Origin: an uncultured virus (IMG/VR IMGVR_UViG_3300046168_000024)
Lineage: Duplodnaviria > Heunggongvirae > Uroviricota > Caudoviricetes
Length of the DNA: 64,000 nucleotides
Direction: 5' to 3' (one strand)
Virus record (IMG/VR): IMGVR_UViG_3300046168_000024
The notes below the pieces were generated by a model that was not told the origin of the DNA, searched no databases, and was given only the letters and a program-made list of their open reading frames with translations. Position numbers and translations under genes: made by a program. Positions 47,382 to 57,717 of the stretch are shown in pieces (positions within the stretch are counted from its first letter, which is position 1; each line of letters opens with the position of its first letter).

Positions 47382-49163
47382 ATGGCACAAACCATTAAAA
47401 TTAAAAGAAGTAGTAGCACCGCCGCTCCTGGTTCTCTGGTAGCTGGTGAGTTAGCGTATTCTAGTAATTCGCAGAAACTTTATGTCGGAGCTCCGAGTGA
47501 CGGAACAGTTACAGCTATAGGTGGAGATTTATATGTAAATATGCTCGACCACACAGCTGGTACACTTACAGCAAGTTCAGCAATTATTGTTGATGCAAGT
47601 AGTAAGATTAATCAGCTAAAATCTGGTAACATAGTAGTTACTGGGTCATCAGATACAATTTCAACAAGCTCAGGAGCATTAACACTCTCAGCAGCAGGTA
47701 ACTTAGTCTTAGCACATGGCGGAACTTTAGACTTAGATAACCAAGCAACCTCTCTTACAATTATAGACAACCAAGCAGCAGCTCTTGATATAAATGAAGG
47801 CGGAAATTCATACATCAAATGTACTACTACAAATAGTGGCGAAAAAGTTGTTATCGGTAAAGATATCGAAATGGCTAATGATGTATCATTGCTATCAGAT
47901 GCAGCAGTTCTTAATTTCGGAGCAGGTAAAGATGTAAGTGTAACTCATGTACATGATACAGGTTTACTACTTAACTCAACAAGACAATTACAATTCGGAG
48001 ATTCAGGCACATACATTCACCAATCAGCAGACGGAGTTTTAGACTTAGTATCTGACAGTGAAATAGAAATCAATGGTACAACTATTGATATGAATGGTGC
48101 GGTAGACATCTCTGGAACACTAGAATCAACAGGTAATTTTAGTGTAAACAATAACAAATTTAATGTAACCGCAGGTTCAGGTAATACAAATGTAGCTGGT
48201 ACACTTACTGCAAATGGCGATGTAGATTGCGATGCAGCTTTGAATGTAGATGGAGCAACAACTCTAAATGGTAATGTTACTTTAGGTAACGCAGGTAGTG
48301 ATACCGTTACTGTTACAGGTACAGCAACATTTACTCCATCAGCAGATTTTGACGGAGGCTTCACAGTAGCAGGCTCACAAACTATCAATATGGGTAGTAA
48401 CAGAGTCCAGGGTGTAGCAACTCCAACAGCAACAACTGATGCAGCAACTAAAGGTTATGTAGATAGTGTCAAACAAGCACTAGATATAAAAGATTCAGTA
48501 AAGTTAGCAACAACAGCTAATTTAGCAGCAGCTTACAACAATGGGTCATCTGGAGTAGGAGCAACTCTTACTATGGATGCATCAGGAACTGTCACAATTG
48601 ATGGTGTAGTAAGTGCAGTAAATGATAGAGTCTTAATAAAAGACCAATCATCAGGAGTTCAGAATGGTATCTATAAAGTCAGCACAGCAGGTGCTGTCGG
48701 TGTAGCAGGAGTTTTCACAAGAGTTGAAGACGCTGATAGTTCAGCACAAGTTACAGGTGGATTATTTACATTCGTTGAATCAGGTTCTACAAACGCTGAC
48801 AACGCTTATGTATTAACATCTATAACAGGTACAGCAACTATGGGCTCAGACGCCCTCACATTTACACAGTTCTCAGGAGCTGGACAAGTTACAGCAGGAA
48901 CTGGTCTTGGTAAATCAGGTAATACTTTATCAGTAAATGTAGATAATACTTCATTAGAAATAGTTTCTGATACTCTACAAATTAAAGGATTAGACAACGC
49001 TATCTCCGAAGGTGATTTAATATTCGGAGCAAATACAGGTGGTCAATTTACCACTCTAGCAATAGGCACATACGACTCAACAAATTCAGTAGGACAAGTA
49101 CTTCAAGTTGGGAATAATGGAACAGTAACATGGAGCAACACATTAGACGGAGGAACATTCTAA
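47382..49163 (+). CDS. tail fibre protein
   Basis: IKIKRS...P..L..GELAY, DAATKGYVD, RVLIKDQ....QNGIY, terminal LDGGTF. Confidence 0.8.
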   Translation: MAQTIKIKRSSSTAAPGSLVAGELAYSSNSQKLYVGAPSDGTVTAIGGDLYVNMLDHTAGTLTASSAIIVDASSKINQLKSGNIVVTGSSDTISTSSGALTLSAAGNLVLAHGGTLDLDNQATSLTIIDNQAAALDINEGGNSYIKCTTTNSGEKVVIGKDIEMANDVSLLSDAAVLNFGAGKDVSVTHVHDTGLLLNSTRQLQFGDSGTYIHQSADGVLDLVSDSEIEINGTTIDMNGAVDISGTLESTGNFSVNNNKFNVTAGSGNTNVAGTLTANGDVDCDAALNVDGATTLNGNVTLGNAGSDTVTVTGTATFTPSADFDGGFTVAGSQTINMGSNRVQGVATPTATTDAATKGYVDSVKQALDIKDSVKLATTANLAAAYNNGSSGVGATLTMDASGTVTIDGVVSAVNDRVLIKDQSSGVQNGIYKVSTAGAVGVAGVFTRVEDADSSAQVTGGLFTFVESGSTNADNAYVLTSITGTATMGSDALTFTQFSGAGQVTAGTGLGKSGNTLSVNVDNTSLEIVSDTLQIKGLDNAISEGDLIFGANTGGQFTTLAIGTYDSTNSVGQVLQVGNNGTVTWSNTLDGGTF

Positions 49164-49164
49164 T

Positions 49165-49374
49165 ATGTCTCACACGATTAAAGTAAAAAGGTCAGAAACA
49201 GCAGGGTCAACTCCTTCTGCATCCGACCTATCAACACACGAGATTGCAATGAACGTAAATGACGGTAAGTTATTTACTAAAGCAGCCAACGGTTCAATAG
49301 TAGAAGTAGCAACCAGGTCAGAAGCCGGAGCTACAGAAGGAGACGTACTAGCGTTCGCAATCGCATTAGGATAA
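49165..49374 (+). CDS. small fibre-associated protein
   Basis: IKVKRS...P....L...EIA.N..DGKLF; C-terminal AIALG. Confidence 0.7.
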   Translation: MSHTIKVKRSETAGSTPSASDLSTHEIAMNVNDGKLFTKAANGSIVEVATRSEAGATEGDVLAFAIALG

Positions 49375-49378
49375 AATT

Positions 49379-49711
49379 ATGGCATCAGCATTTAAATCAG
49401 CAAGTTCAGTAAATGTAGGGACTTCCCTCACTACTGTATATACCTGCCCTGGAAGTACCACTTCAACTATTATTGGTTGTTATATCTGTAATCAGAGTGG
49501 TGGTCAGATAGAGGCAGACTTACAATTTTATGACGCAAGTTCAACGAATCATGTAAGTATATTATTTGGAACACCAATCGCTGGTGATTCAACAGTTGCT
49601 GCAATCGGTGGAGATGCAAAGGTAGTACTAGAGGCCGGCGACGCTATAAAGGTTAAAAGCAATGTAGCCAGTAGCATGGACGTAGTACTTTCATATTTGG
49701 AGCAAACATAA
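49379..49711 (+). CDS. virion structural protein
   Basis: MASAFK...VYTCP...KVVLE.GD.IKV...D..LSYLE. Confidence 0.7.
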   Translation: MASAFKSASSVNVGTSLTTVYTCPGSTTSTIIGCYICNQSGGQIEADLQFYDASSTNHVSILFGTPIAGDSTVAAIGGDAKVVLEAGDAIKVKSNVASSMDVVLSYLEQT

Positions 49712-49712
49712 G

Positions 49713-52502
49713 ATGGCACTTATAGGAAAACAAAACGCATTAGTTTCAGTACTTGAAGCAAATGCAGTAGGAAGCAGTGAAATTGTTTCTAATTCCGTAA
49801 CTGCGAGTGAAATAGCAGCAAACGCTGTTGGTAGTTCAGAGATTTCAGCAAACGCTGTTGGAACATCTGAGATTGCTACTAACGCTATTGCAGCAGCTCA
49901 GTTACAAGCAAGTGCTATTACAGCCGTAGCAGATAACTCTATTGACGCAGCTGCTATAGCAGAAAACTCAGTAGATTCTTCAGAATTAGTCACAGGTTCA
50001 ATAGACGCTATTCATTTAGCAACAGGAGCAGTTACAACTGCTAAAATAGGAGCAGACCAAGTAACTAACTCAGAGTTAGCAGCAAACTCAGTCTCTTCAA
50101 CAGAAATCGCACTCAACTCAATCAATGCGAGTGAACTAGCAATAAATTCCGTAACAGGTACAGCAATAGCAGATAACACTATAGACGGAACAAAAATTGC
50201 ATCGAATAGTATTTTAACAAGACATATTGATGACAATCAAATTACTACTGACCAGATAGCAGGAAATACAATTGCTACTGCGAACATAGCAGATAATGCA
50301 GTAGATGGTTCAAAGATAGCATCAAACAGTATTTTAACAAGACACATAGACGATGGTCAGATTACAACAGACCAAATACTCAATGCAACAATAGTAGCAG
50401 GGGATATAGCAAGTGATGCAGTTATTACTGCAAAGATACTAAACGCAAATGTAACAACAGCAAAAATAGCAGACAATGCAATTACAGCAGCTAAGTTACC
50501 TTCTGGAGTTATAGCTTCAGACCATATCACAGATGGTACTATTGTATCAGGAGATATAGCAGCAAATACTATTGCAACATCCAATATAGCAGATAATGCT
50601 GTAGATGGAACTAAGATTGCTCAAAATAGTATTTTAACAAAACATATAGATGACGGTCAAGTAGATACTGCACAGCTAGCCGCTGACGCAGTAGACGGTA
50701 CTAAGATAGCTGATGATGCAATTAACAGCGAACATCTTGTAGATGGCAGTGTTGATACTGTTCATATTGCTGCAGGTAATATAACAACAGCAAAAATTGC
50801 AGATAACAATGTAACTTCAGCAAAAATAGCAACAGACCAAGTACTAGCTAAACACATAGCAGCTGGTGCAGTAGATTCAAGCGAGATAGCAGCTAACGCT
50901 GTATCAGCCTCTGAACTTAAATCAGATGCACTTGGTGGTCAAACATTCACAGGTAATGTCACACTATCAGGTAACTTAACAGTTAATGGTACAACAACTA
51001 CTGCGGCATCAACAAACACAGTTATTTCAGATAAGTTAATCGAACTTGCAAACGGCACATCAGGTTCTCCATCAGGAGATATGGGTATTGTTCTCGAAAG
51101 AGGAAGTTCTGATAATGTATTCATAGGTTGGGATGAAAGTGCAGACAGAGTAAGATTTGCAACTACAACAGCAACAGGTGCATCAACTGGAGACTTATCT
51201 CTTACAAATGCAAATATACAAGCAGGTAGACTTTATGGAGATGTAACAGGTGCTTTAACAGGTAACGCTGATACAGCAACTACTCTAGCAACAACAAGAG
51301 CTTTCTCTTTAACAGGAGATGTAACTGCTTCAGCTATTAACTTTAATGGCGGAGCTGCAGTAGCTTTATCAACATCTTTAGCCGCAAACACAGTAGATAG
51401 CGCAGAATTAGTAACTGGCAGTATAGATGCAATACACATTGCAGCAAACGCAGTAACATCAGCTAAGATAGGGGCTAACCAAGTAGGTTCAAGTGAGATT
51501 GCTCAGAATAGTATTCTTACTCAACATATTGACGATGGACAAGTAGGAGCAGCTCAATTAGCAAGTGATGCAGTAACATCAGCTAAGATAGGAGATAACG
51601 CTATCAATAGTGTAGCATTTATATCAAGCGGTCTAATTACATCAGACTTAATATCAAATGGCACTATTGCAACAGCAGACGTAGCAGATAATGCAATTAC
51701 TACTGCTAAAATAGCAACCAATAGTATTACAACTTTAATGATTGCAGATGATGCAGTTACATCAGCTAAAATAGCAGACAATGCTATATTAACACAGCAT
51801 ATTGATGATAACCAAATTACTACTGACCAGATAGCCGCAAACACAATTGCAACTGGTAATATTGCTGATAACGCAGTAGATGGCACAAAGATAGCACAGA
51901 ATAGTATTCTTACTAGACATATTGACGATGCACAGGTTAACACTGCTCAACTAGCAGGTAACTCTGTAACAGCCGCAAAGATACAAGCAAACGCTGTTGG
52001 GTCAAGTGAGATAGCAGCTAACTCAGTATCAGCTTCTGAACTTAAATCAGATGCTTTAAGTGGGCAATCATTTACAGGTACTGCACAGATAGCAATAGTT
52101 AATGCTTCTACAAGATTAAAAGCACAGCTTATTGGTATTCAAGACCCAAATCCACCACAAAAATTCCACATAGACGAAGTAGCTGGTATGGATGTTGGTA
52201 CAGGAAGTTCATCTTCTACAGCACAATTCACACTTAACTCATTCAGCGCATCAGTATTTAGAAGTGCTGAATATACAGTACAAGTTACAAATTCCACAGA
52301 TAGTGATTATCAAACTTTAAAGATAGTACTATTCCATGATGGAACAACAGTTTATTTAACACAGTACGCTTCTATATTTGACAATGGTGCTCAGGCAACC
52401 TTTGATGCAGATATAAATAGTGGAAATGTTAGATTAAGAGCAACGCCAGCAAGTGGAGACACAATGGCATACAAGTTCATTAGAACAACAATAGAGGTAT
52501 AA
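49713..52502 (+). CDS. long tail fibre with 10-aa repeats
   Basis: dozens of IAxNAV/ITxxK and ILTRHIDD decapeptides; C-terminal FRSAEY.VQ domain. Confidence 0.8.
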   Translation: MALIGKQNALVSVLEANAVGSSEIVSNSVTASEIAANAVGSSEISANAVGTSEIATNAIAAAQLQASAITAVADNSIDAAAIAENSVDSSELVTGSIDAIHLATGAVTTAKIGADQVTNSELAANSVSSTEIALNSINASELAINSVTGTAIADNTIDGTKIASNSILTRHIDDNQITTDQIAGNTIATANIADNAVDGSKIASNSILTRHIDDGQITTDQILNATIVAGDIASDAVITAKILNANVTTAKIADNAITAAKLPSGVIASDHITDGTIVSGDIAANTIATSNIADNAVDGTKIAQNSILTKHIDDGQVDTAQLAADAVDGTKIADDAINSEHLVDGSVDTVHIAAGNITTAKIADNNVTSAKIATDQVLAKHIAAGAVDSSEIAANAVSASELKSDALGGQTFTGNVTLSGNLTVNGTTTTAASTNTVISDKLIELANGTSGSPSGDMGIVLERGSSDNVFIGWDESADRVRFATTTATGASTGDLSLTNANIQAGRLYGDVTGALTGNADTATTLATTRAFSLTGDVTASAINFNGGAAVALSTSLAANTVDSAELVTGSIDAIHIAANAVTSAKIGANQVGSSEIAQNSILTQHIDDGQVGAAQLASDAVTSAKIGDNAINSVAFISSGLITSDLISNGTIATADVADNAITTAKIATNSITTLMIADDAVTSAKIADNAILTQHIDDNQITTDQIAANTIATGNIADNAVDGTKIAQNSILTRHIDDAQVNTAQLAGNSVTAAKIQANAVGSSEIAANSVSASELKSDALSGQSFTGTAQIAIVNASTRLKAQLIGIQDPNPPQKFHIDEVAGMDVGTGSSSSTAQFTLNSFSASVFRSAEYTVQVTNSTDSDYQTLKIVLFHDGTTVYLTQYASIFDNGAQATFDADINSGNVRLRATPASGDTMAYKFIRTTIEV

Positions 52503-52504
52503 TA

Positions 52505-52729
52505 ATGGGAACTAAATTAAATTTTAACATTGAAGACGCAGGTTTATCTGTGGATGGAAGTGAAAAGTTTAACTCGAGTGGAGCTGCACAAAATATAACT
52601 ATAAGCGGCGATAAAATAACATCAGGTACTGTAGCAAGTGCCAGACTACCATACACTATTAGAACAAATGCTCCAACGGGCACCGAGTCTACATCTAGTG
52701 GTCACATATGGTTTATATACTCGAGTTAA
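52505..52729 (+). CDS. small fibre adaptor-like protein
   Basis: ITSGTV..ARLP, AP......GHIWFIY. Confidence 0.65.
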   Translation: MGTKLNFNIEDAGLSVDGSEKFNSSGAAQNITISGDKITSGTVASARLPYTIRTNAPTGTESTSSGHIWFIYSS

Positions 52730-52732
52730 TAA

Positions 52733-55111
52733 ATGGCACTATATGTTAACGACAGCGGAACACTTCGACAGATTTCCTTTTTGGCAATCAATGATAGTGG
52801 TACGCTTAGAAGAATCAATGAAGTCTATGTAAATGACGGTGGGTCTCTTGAAGGCCCATTCACTATTACACATACAACAAGTAGAAATACTGCGACTTCA
52901 ACTTCTACCATTTCTGGTTTACAGTTAACAACATATAACACAACAACTACATTTAACACTCAACAAAGTACAGTTACAACAACTGTCTTTAATACATCAA
53001 CTACATTTAATACTAGTAAAGCAACAGGAAGTTCAAGAAGTACAACAACAACTTATAATACAACTCAGACAACAACAACTGCGTTTACTACTACAACTGC
53101 TTTTACTACTACTACGACCTTTACAACTACACAAGGTACAACAACTGCGTTTACTACAACGACTGCTTTTACTACAACGACTACATTTAACACAAGTAAA
53201 ACAACATCGACTACAGGTTCTACAACGACTGCATATACTACTACTACAACCTTTGAGACAACTCAAAGTACAACTACTAATTATAATACAACAACTGCGT
53301 ATACAACTACCTATGATACAACAATTAGTACAAGTAGAACTACAACATTCGCTACAACAACAGCGTATGAGGATAATACTAGCTTTGCTACTACAAGAAC
53401 AACTACCTTCGCTACTACAACAGCGTATGAGGATAATACTAGCTTTGCTACTACTAGAACTACAACATTCGCTACTGATACTGCATATGTAGATAATACA
53501 GGGCAGTCTACTACTAGAACTACAACATTCGCTACATCGACAGCTTATGTAGATAATACAGGGCAGTCTACTACTAGAACTACCACATTTGCAACAGCAA
53601 CAGCTTATGTAGACAACACAGGTCAATCAACAAGTAGAACTACAACATTTGCCACTACTACTGCATATGTAGATAATACATCTCAGTCAACAGCATATGA
53701 TACTACATTTAGTACTAATACTGCTAGAAATACAAATACTTCTAGAGGCACTGCGTTTACAAACTCTACTGCCTTTGCTACTAATACAAGTAGAAACACT
53801 GCGTTTACTAACTCAACTTCTTTTGCAACTAACACTTCAAGAAACACGAATACGGCTAGAGGTACTGCGTTTACAAATGCAACTGGATTTACAAATAACA
53901 CTACTAGAGAAACAGAGTATATAATAAGTTTCTGCCCAGAAGGTGGCACAAATATGGATATGAGGAACACCTCATTTGCTACTAATACTTCAAGAAATAC
54001 AAATACAAGTAGAAACACCGCATTTACAAATGCAACTGGATTTACAAATAATACTAGTAGAAATACGAATACGGCTAGAGGCACAGGATTTACAAATAAT
54101 ACTAGTAGAAACACTAACACTTCTAGAAACACAGCATTTACAAACTCTACAGGATTTACAAACAATACTACACAGGGTACAAGTAGAACAACTTCTTTTG
54201 CAACAAATACTTCAAGAAGTACTAATACATCACAGTCAACTTCTTATACTACAACATTTGCTACTAATACTGCAAGAAATACAAATACTTCACAGTCAAC
54301 ATCTTATACTACTACATTTAGTACTAACACTGCAAGAAGCACTAACACTTCTCAGTCAACAAGTTATACTACTACATTTAGTACTAATACAACTAGAAGC
54401 ACAAACACTTCTCAGTCAACAAGCTATAATACTGTTAGACTATCGAATACTTCAAGAAGTACTAATACATCACAGTCAACAAGTTATAATACAGAGAGAC
54501 TATCGAATACTGCTAGAAGTACAAATACATCTCAGTCAACTTCTTACGAAACTTCCTATGCGACTTCAAGAGCAAGCTCACGAAGCACAGGAACAAGTAG
54601 AACTACGACTACAACATTTGATACTACACAATCAACAGCTTCAAGTAGAAGTACAGCAACTGCTAAGAATACTACTACTACTTATGAAACTACTCAAGGA
54701 ACAACAACTACTAGAAGTACTGCGTCAAGTAGAAGTACAACAACAACATTTAATACTCAACAAAGTACAGCTAGTTCAAGAAGTACTGCATCAAGTAGAG
54801 ATACTACTACAACCTTTGAAACAGCAACAACTACAACAACTGCGTATGATACTACTACAACCTTTGAGACAAGCAAGACAACATCAAGTTCTAGAGGTAC
54901 AACTACCACTACAACATTTAATACAACAAGGGCATCTGCTACAAGCAGAAACACTGACCACTTAACAACAACAACATTCAATACTTCAACAACAGTATTT
55001 GAAAGAACAACCGCCAGCTCAGCAGGAACTCTATTTGACACAGAAGTCTCGAGTCTAGAAGATTATGGATTCTCTTACTGGGACGGCTCACAATGGAGCG
55101 AATCTAACTAA
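52733..55111 (+). CDS. Thr-rich self-complementary repeat protein (putative hairpin fibre)
   Basis: N-terminal YVNDxG repeats, Thr-dominated 4/6-residue units mirrored around EYIISFCPEGGTNMDMR, C-terminal YWDGSQW. Confidence 0.85.
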   Translation: MALYVNDSGTLRQISFLAINDSGTLRRINEVYVNDGGSLEGPFTITHTTSRNTATSTSTISGLQLTTYNTTTTFNTQQSTVTTTVFNTSTTFNTSKATGSSRSTTTTYNTTQTTTTAFTTTTAFTTTTTFTTTQGTTTAFTTTTAFTTTTTFNTSKTTSTTGSTTTAYTTTTTFETTQSTTTNYNTTTAYTTTYDTTISTSRTTTFATTTAYEDNTSFATTRTTTFATTTAYEDNTSFATTRTTTFATDTAYVDNTGQSTTRTTTFATSTAYVDNTGQSTTRTTTFATATAYVDNTGQSTSRTTTFATTTAYVDNTSQSTAYDTTFSTNTARNTNTSRGTAFTNSTAFATNTSRNTAFTNSTSFATNTSRNTNTARGTAFTNATGFTNNTTRETEYIISFCPEGGTNMDMRNTSFATNTSRNTNTSRNTAFTNATGFTNNTSRNTNTARGTGFTNNTSRNTNTSRNTAFTNSTGFTNNTTQGTSRTTSFATNTSRSTNTSQSTSYTTTFATNTARNTNTSQSTSYTTTFSTNTARSTNTSQSTSYTTTFSTNTTRSTNTSQSTSYNTVRLSNTSRSTNTSQSTSYNTERLSNTARSTNTSQSTSYETSYATSRASSRSTGTSRTTTTTFDTTQSTASSRSTATAKNTTTTYETTQGTTTTRSTASSRSTTTTFNTQQSTASSRSTASSRDTTTTFETATTTTTAYDTTTTFETSKTTSSSRGTTTTTTFNTTRASATSRNTDHLTTTTFNTSTTVFERTTASSAGTLFDTEVSSLEDYGFSYWDGSQWSESN

Positions 55112-55275
55112 TGGCAGGATTTGAAAAAGAAAAAGGTATTACACCAGAGTATGTAAACAAGAAAATGGAATCAATGCTTACAGCAATATATGATGTAATA
55201 GAAGAAAACGAACATAGAATGAGAAAGATGGAACAAGTCATCTTCGAGCTAAAGAATGGTAAAGGCAAAGAATAA
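55111..55275 (+). CDS. 54-aa coiled-coil protein
   Basis: TAATG coupling; MAGFEKEKGITPEYVNKKME... Confidence 0.6.
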   Translation: MAGFEKEKGITPEYVNKKMESMLTAIYDVIEENEHRMRKMEQVIFELKNGKGKE

Positions 55276-56143
55276 ATTACAAGCCTTAAGCATTAATGAA
55301 GAAGTCGGTGATATAGCAACTCACTGGTTAAAATCAGGCTCAGCTTTTAGACCCTCAGAAGACTTAGTAATATTAAATGAGTTTGGTAAGAAACTTCTAC
55401 CTAAAAGTCACAGAGATTTAGCATTTGAGTATGACATATGGTTTAACACAAATGAGAACTATACCATCAGAAAATGGTTATACACGGATTTTATGGGAAG
55501 GGGATTATACTTTCGAGTTCCTTCCATAAAGATTAATAATAGACTGTTTAAGGCGATTGTAAATTCCGACATAAAGATAGACGAAGAAAGAATCGACAAA
55601 GTGATGAAGAATTTACAGAACAAGTATTATCTTCATCCGAGTGAAAAATTTTACGAGAAAGTAATATTTTTACCAGGCAGCAACTTATTATGCAAACCCG
55701 ATTGTATAGACATTAGAAGGGTGGAAAAATTAGTTGAAGAAGGATATGTAATAAAACCACATCCAATAACTGCTCATATTTTTATAGCAGAACTTAGAGC
55801 AAAGTTTGGATATGATAAAGTACTAGGAAAGAAAGAGGGAGGACATGAACTTCTTCTTAATGCAACTGAAATAGCAACAGCACAGAATAGTGAAATGGGC
55901 ATCGTCGCATTACTACTAGAAAAAGATATACGAATGGTTTCTCACCCTGTAAAAAAGAGAGAGAAAAGTTTACTTACTTATGAAAGTTTTTACGAAGCAG
56001 TTGCAGGAACAGATGCAAAGAAAACAATATTAAAACTGTTCTCGGCAAAAAATTCAGGAATAATCTTTGATTTTGACGAGGACGCAGACGAAAGGCTAGA
56101 AAAGTATCTAGCAAACTTTTGGGAATACAAAATAGAACAATGA
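55256..56143 (+). CDS. putative GT-B glycosyltransferase (KpsS/capsule synthesis-like)
   Basis: IKPHP motif and NSEMG..ALL (cf. NSTxG.EAL). Confidence 0.5.
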   Translation: MVKAKNKLQALSINEEVGDIATHWLKSGSAFRPSEDLVILNEFGKKLLPKSHRDLAFEYDIWFNTNENYTIRKWLYTDFMGRGLYFRVPSIKINNRLFKAIVNSDIKIDEERIDKVMKNLQNKYYLHPSEKFYEKVIFLPGSNLLCKPDCIDIRRVEKLVEEGYVIKPHPITAHIFIAELRAKFGYDKVLGKKEGGHELLLNATEIATAQNSEMGIVALLLEKDIRMVSHPVKKREKSLLTYESFYEAVAGTDAKKTILKLFSAKNSGIIFDFDEDADERLEKYLANFWEYKIEQ

Positions 56144-57081
56144 TAGAAATAGTACATCAATATAAAAAAGACTGGAGTATGTTTACTCTAGCCTCACTCC
56201 TGGATAAGTCTAAAGACTATAGGATTCATTTATATGTCCATGAAGCAGATTGGAACGATGCTCCTATAGCATGGGCTATAGAACACTTTGATGAGATAAA
56301 AATATATCAGACTTGGTGGACAACAGAAGATACTGCAAAAATGGTATGTCATCTTAAAAACTGGTGGAAAGACAAAACGCCTAGTCTAAACAAAAGAATA
56401 TTAGTAGCAGGTGGTAATAGAATATTTTTAAGAGAGATAGTTACAGGTAATGTACCAGAAGAAAGTTTCTTTATGAAAAGTTTATCTTTCTTATCACACA
56501 AGCATAGATTCAAAGACCATTCACAATATAAAAATTACTACTCAAGAATAGGTAATCCAACATATGAGAATAGTGCTCATCAACAAGACCCAGAGATGCT
56601 TTTACTTAACTGGGATGTATTGAAAACTTTCAAAGACGAAGACTTATTCTTTCCAGGGGGAGACTTGCCACAAGACTTTTACAGCTTAGATCACAGACTA
56701 GATGCTTGTACTAACACAGCATTTATGAAAAACTTAGTTCAATTCAAGCATAGCTATATGCCTTTGTATATGAATGGTACAGTAGATTGTCTACTAGAAA
56801 AAGATTGTCTAGGTTTGAAAGAAGTTGCAGATTATAATAATATGCTAAGAAAAGGGTACAGTTTAAATGTGCAACATAAGTGGGCTATGAGAGATTATTT
56901 AAATATTCCAATCAGTGTTCAACTCGGAATACCTTGGGACTGTTATACTCGTTTGATTGATTCTATTCCTATGCAATTTAGAAATGCAAGATTAAATGAA
57001 CAGATGTTGACAAAAGCGTCGAAACAGAAAGCAACGCTTGGAAAGTTATTACAAACAGGATTTAAACTAGGTAAACTTTAA
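56140..57081 (+). CDS. hypothetical protein, possibly GT-A-like
   Basis: TLASLL...IHLYV, MLLLNWD; glycosylation cluster context. Confidence 0.5.
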   Translation: MIEIVHQYKKDWSMFTLASLLDKSKDYRIHLYVHEADWNDAPIAWAIEHFDEIKIYQTWWTTEDTAKMVCHLKNWWKDKTPSLNKRILVAGGNRIFLREIVTGNVPEESFFMKSLSFLSHKHRFKDHSQYKNYYSRIGNPTYENSAHQQDPEMLLLNWDVLKTFKDEDLFFPGGDLPQDFYSLDHRLDACTNTAFMKNLVQFKHSYMPLYMNGTVDCLLEKDCLGLKEVADYNNMLRKGYSLNVQHKWAMRDYLNIPISVQLGIPWDCYTRLIDSIPMQFRNARLNEQMLTKASKQKATLGKLLQTGFKLGKL

Positions 57082-57717
57082 TATCTCATTTTCAAGGTCT
57101 GACAAAATTTTCCACTCTATCAATCCCTGATTTTTCATATCAATTACAAGTTCTTTTTCTTTTTTGGAATGAATATTTACTTTTTGAGTATTGACTGGCA
57201 TATGCCAACTCGAAGGATTATCTTCTCCTGTTTTGAAAGGCAACTTCTTAGAAAAGAAATCGAAACCTATCAAAGTTATACTTTTACACTCACACTTTAA
57301 CAAGAAAAATAATATTGCCATAAATCCTTGTGATGGTCTCCATCCTACAGGTTTATTCGGCACAACTCCTAACTTATCATGAATATCTATTATTTCTTCA
57401 TCAGAAAACATATCCGTATATTTAAAATCTTTAGGGAGTATAGTAGTCGAAGGTTTGTTCATATGAATACGACTACGATTAAAAAGAGTAAGACAGTCAA
57501 AAAATTTTCTTGCATTTACACGAAGAAATCCTGTTACCCATATATCAGTTCTACTACCTAGACTACTTGTATAGTCATAAGGAGCTCCCCTTCCAAAACG
57601 AACAACAGTATCAAAAGATTCTATATAATCTCCATACTCGTATTGTAGAATCTCTACTGAGTTTCCTACAAGTATTAGTGTTTTATTTTTAGTAAGTTGT
57701 TGTAATGTTTTTTCCAT
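57067..57717 (-). CDS. GT29/sialyltransferase-like glycosyltransferase
   Basis: LVGNS...I.SFD.VVRF....G.RTD (L-motif-like), PSQG......C..ITLIGFDF (S-motif-like), H....E. Confidence 0.7.
   Translation of the reverse strand: MEKTLQQLTKNKTLILVGNSVEILQYEYGDYIESFDTVVRFGRGAPYDYTSSLGSRTDIWVTGFLRVNARKFFDCLTLFNRSRIHMNKPSTTILPKDFKYTDMFSDEEIIDIHDKLGVVPNKPVGWRPSQGFMAILFFLLKCECKSITLIGFDFFSKKLPFKTGEDNPSSWHMPVNTQKVNIHSKKEKELVIDMKNQGLIEWKILSDLENEILKFT

Noticed and set aside
43451..51943. Long antisense Ala/Ile-rich ORFs
   Set aside because: Antisense shadows of the decapeptide repeat genes.
53330..54545. 60-bp tandem repeats as a CRISPR array or DGR
   Set aside because: In-frame coding repeats with synonymous variation, no unique spacers, no cas or reverse transcriptase genes.
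53033..55041. Alternative-frame Cys-, Leu/Gln- and Val-rich ORFs, and a DNA-level palindrome in the Thr-rich gene
   Set aside because: Shadows of ACN codon repeats; the symmetry is in amino-acid classes, not reverse-complement DNA.
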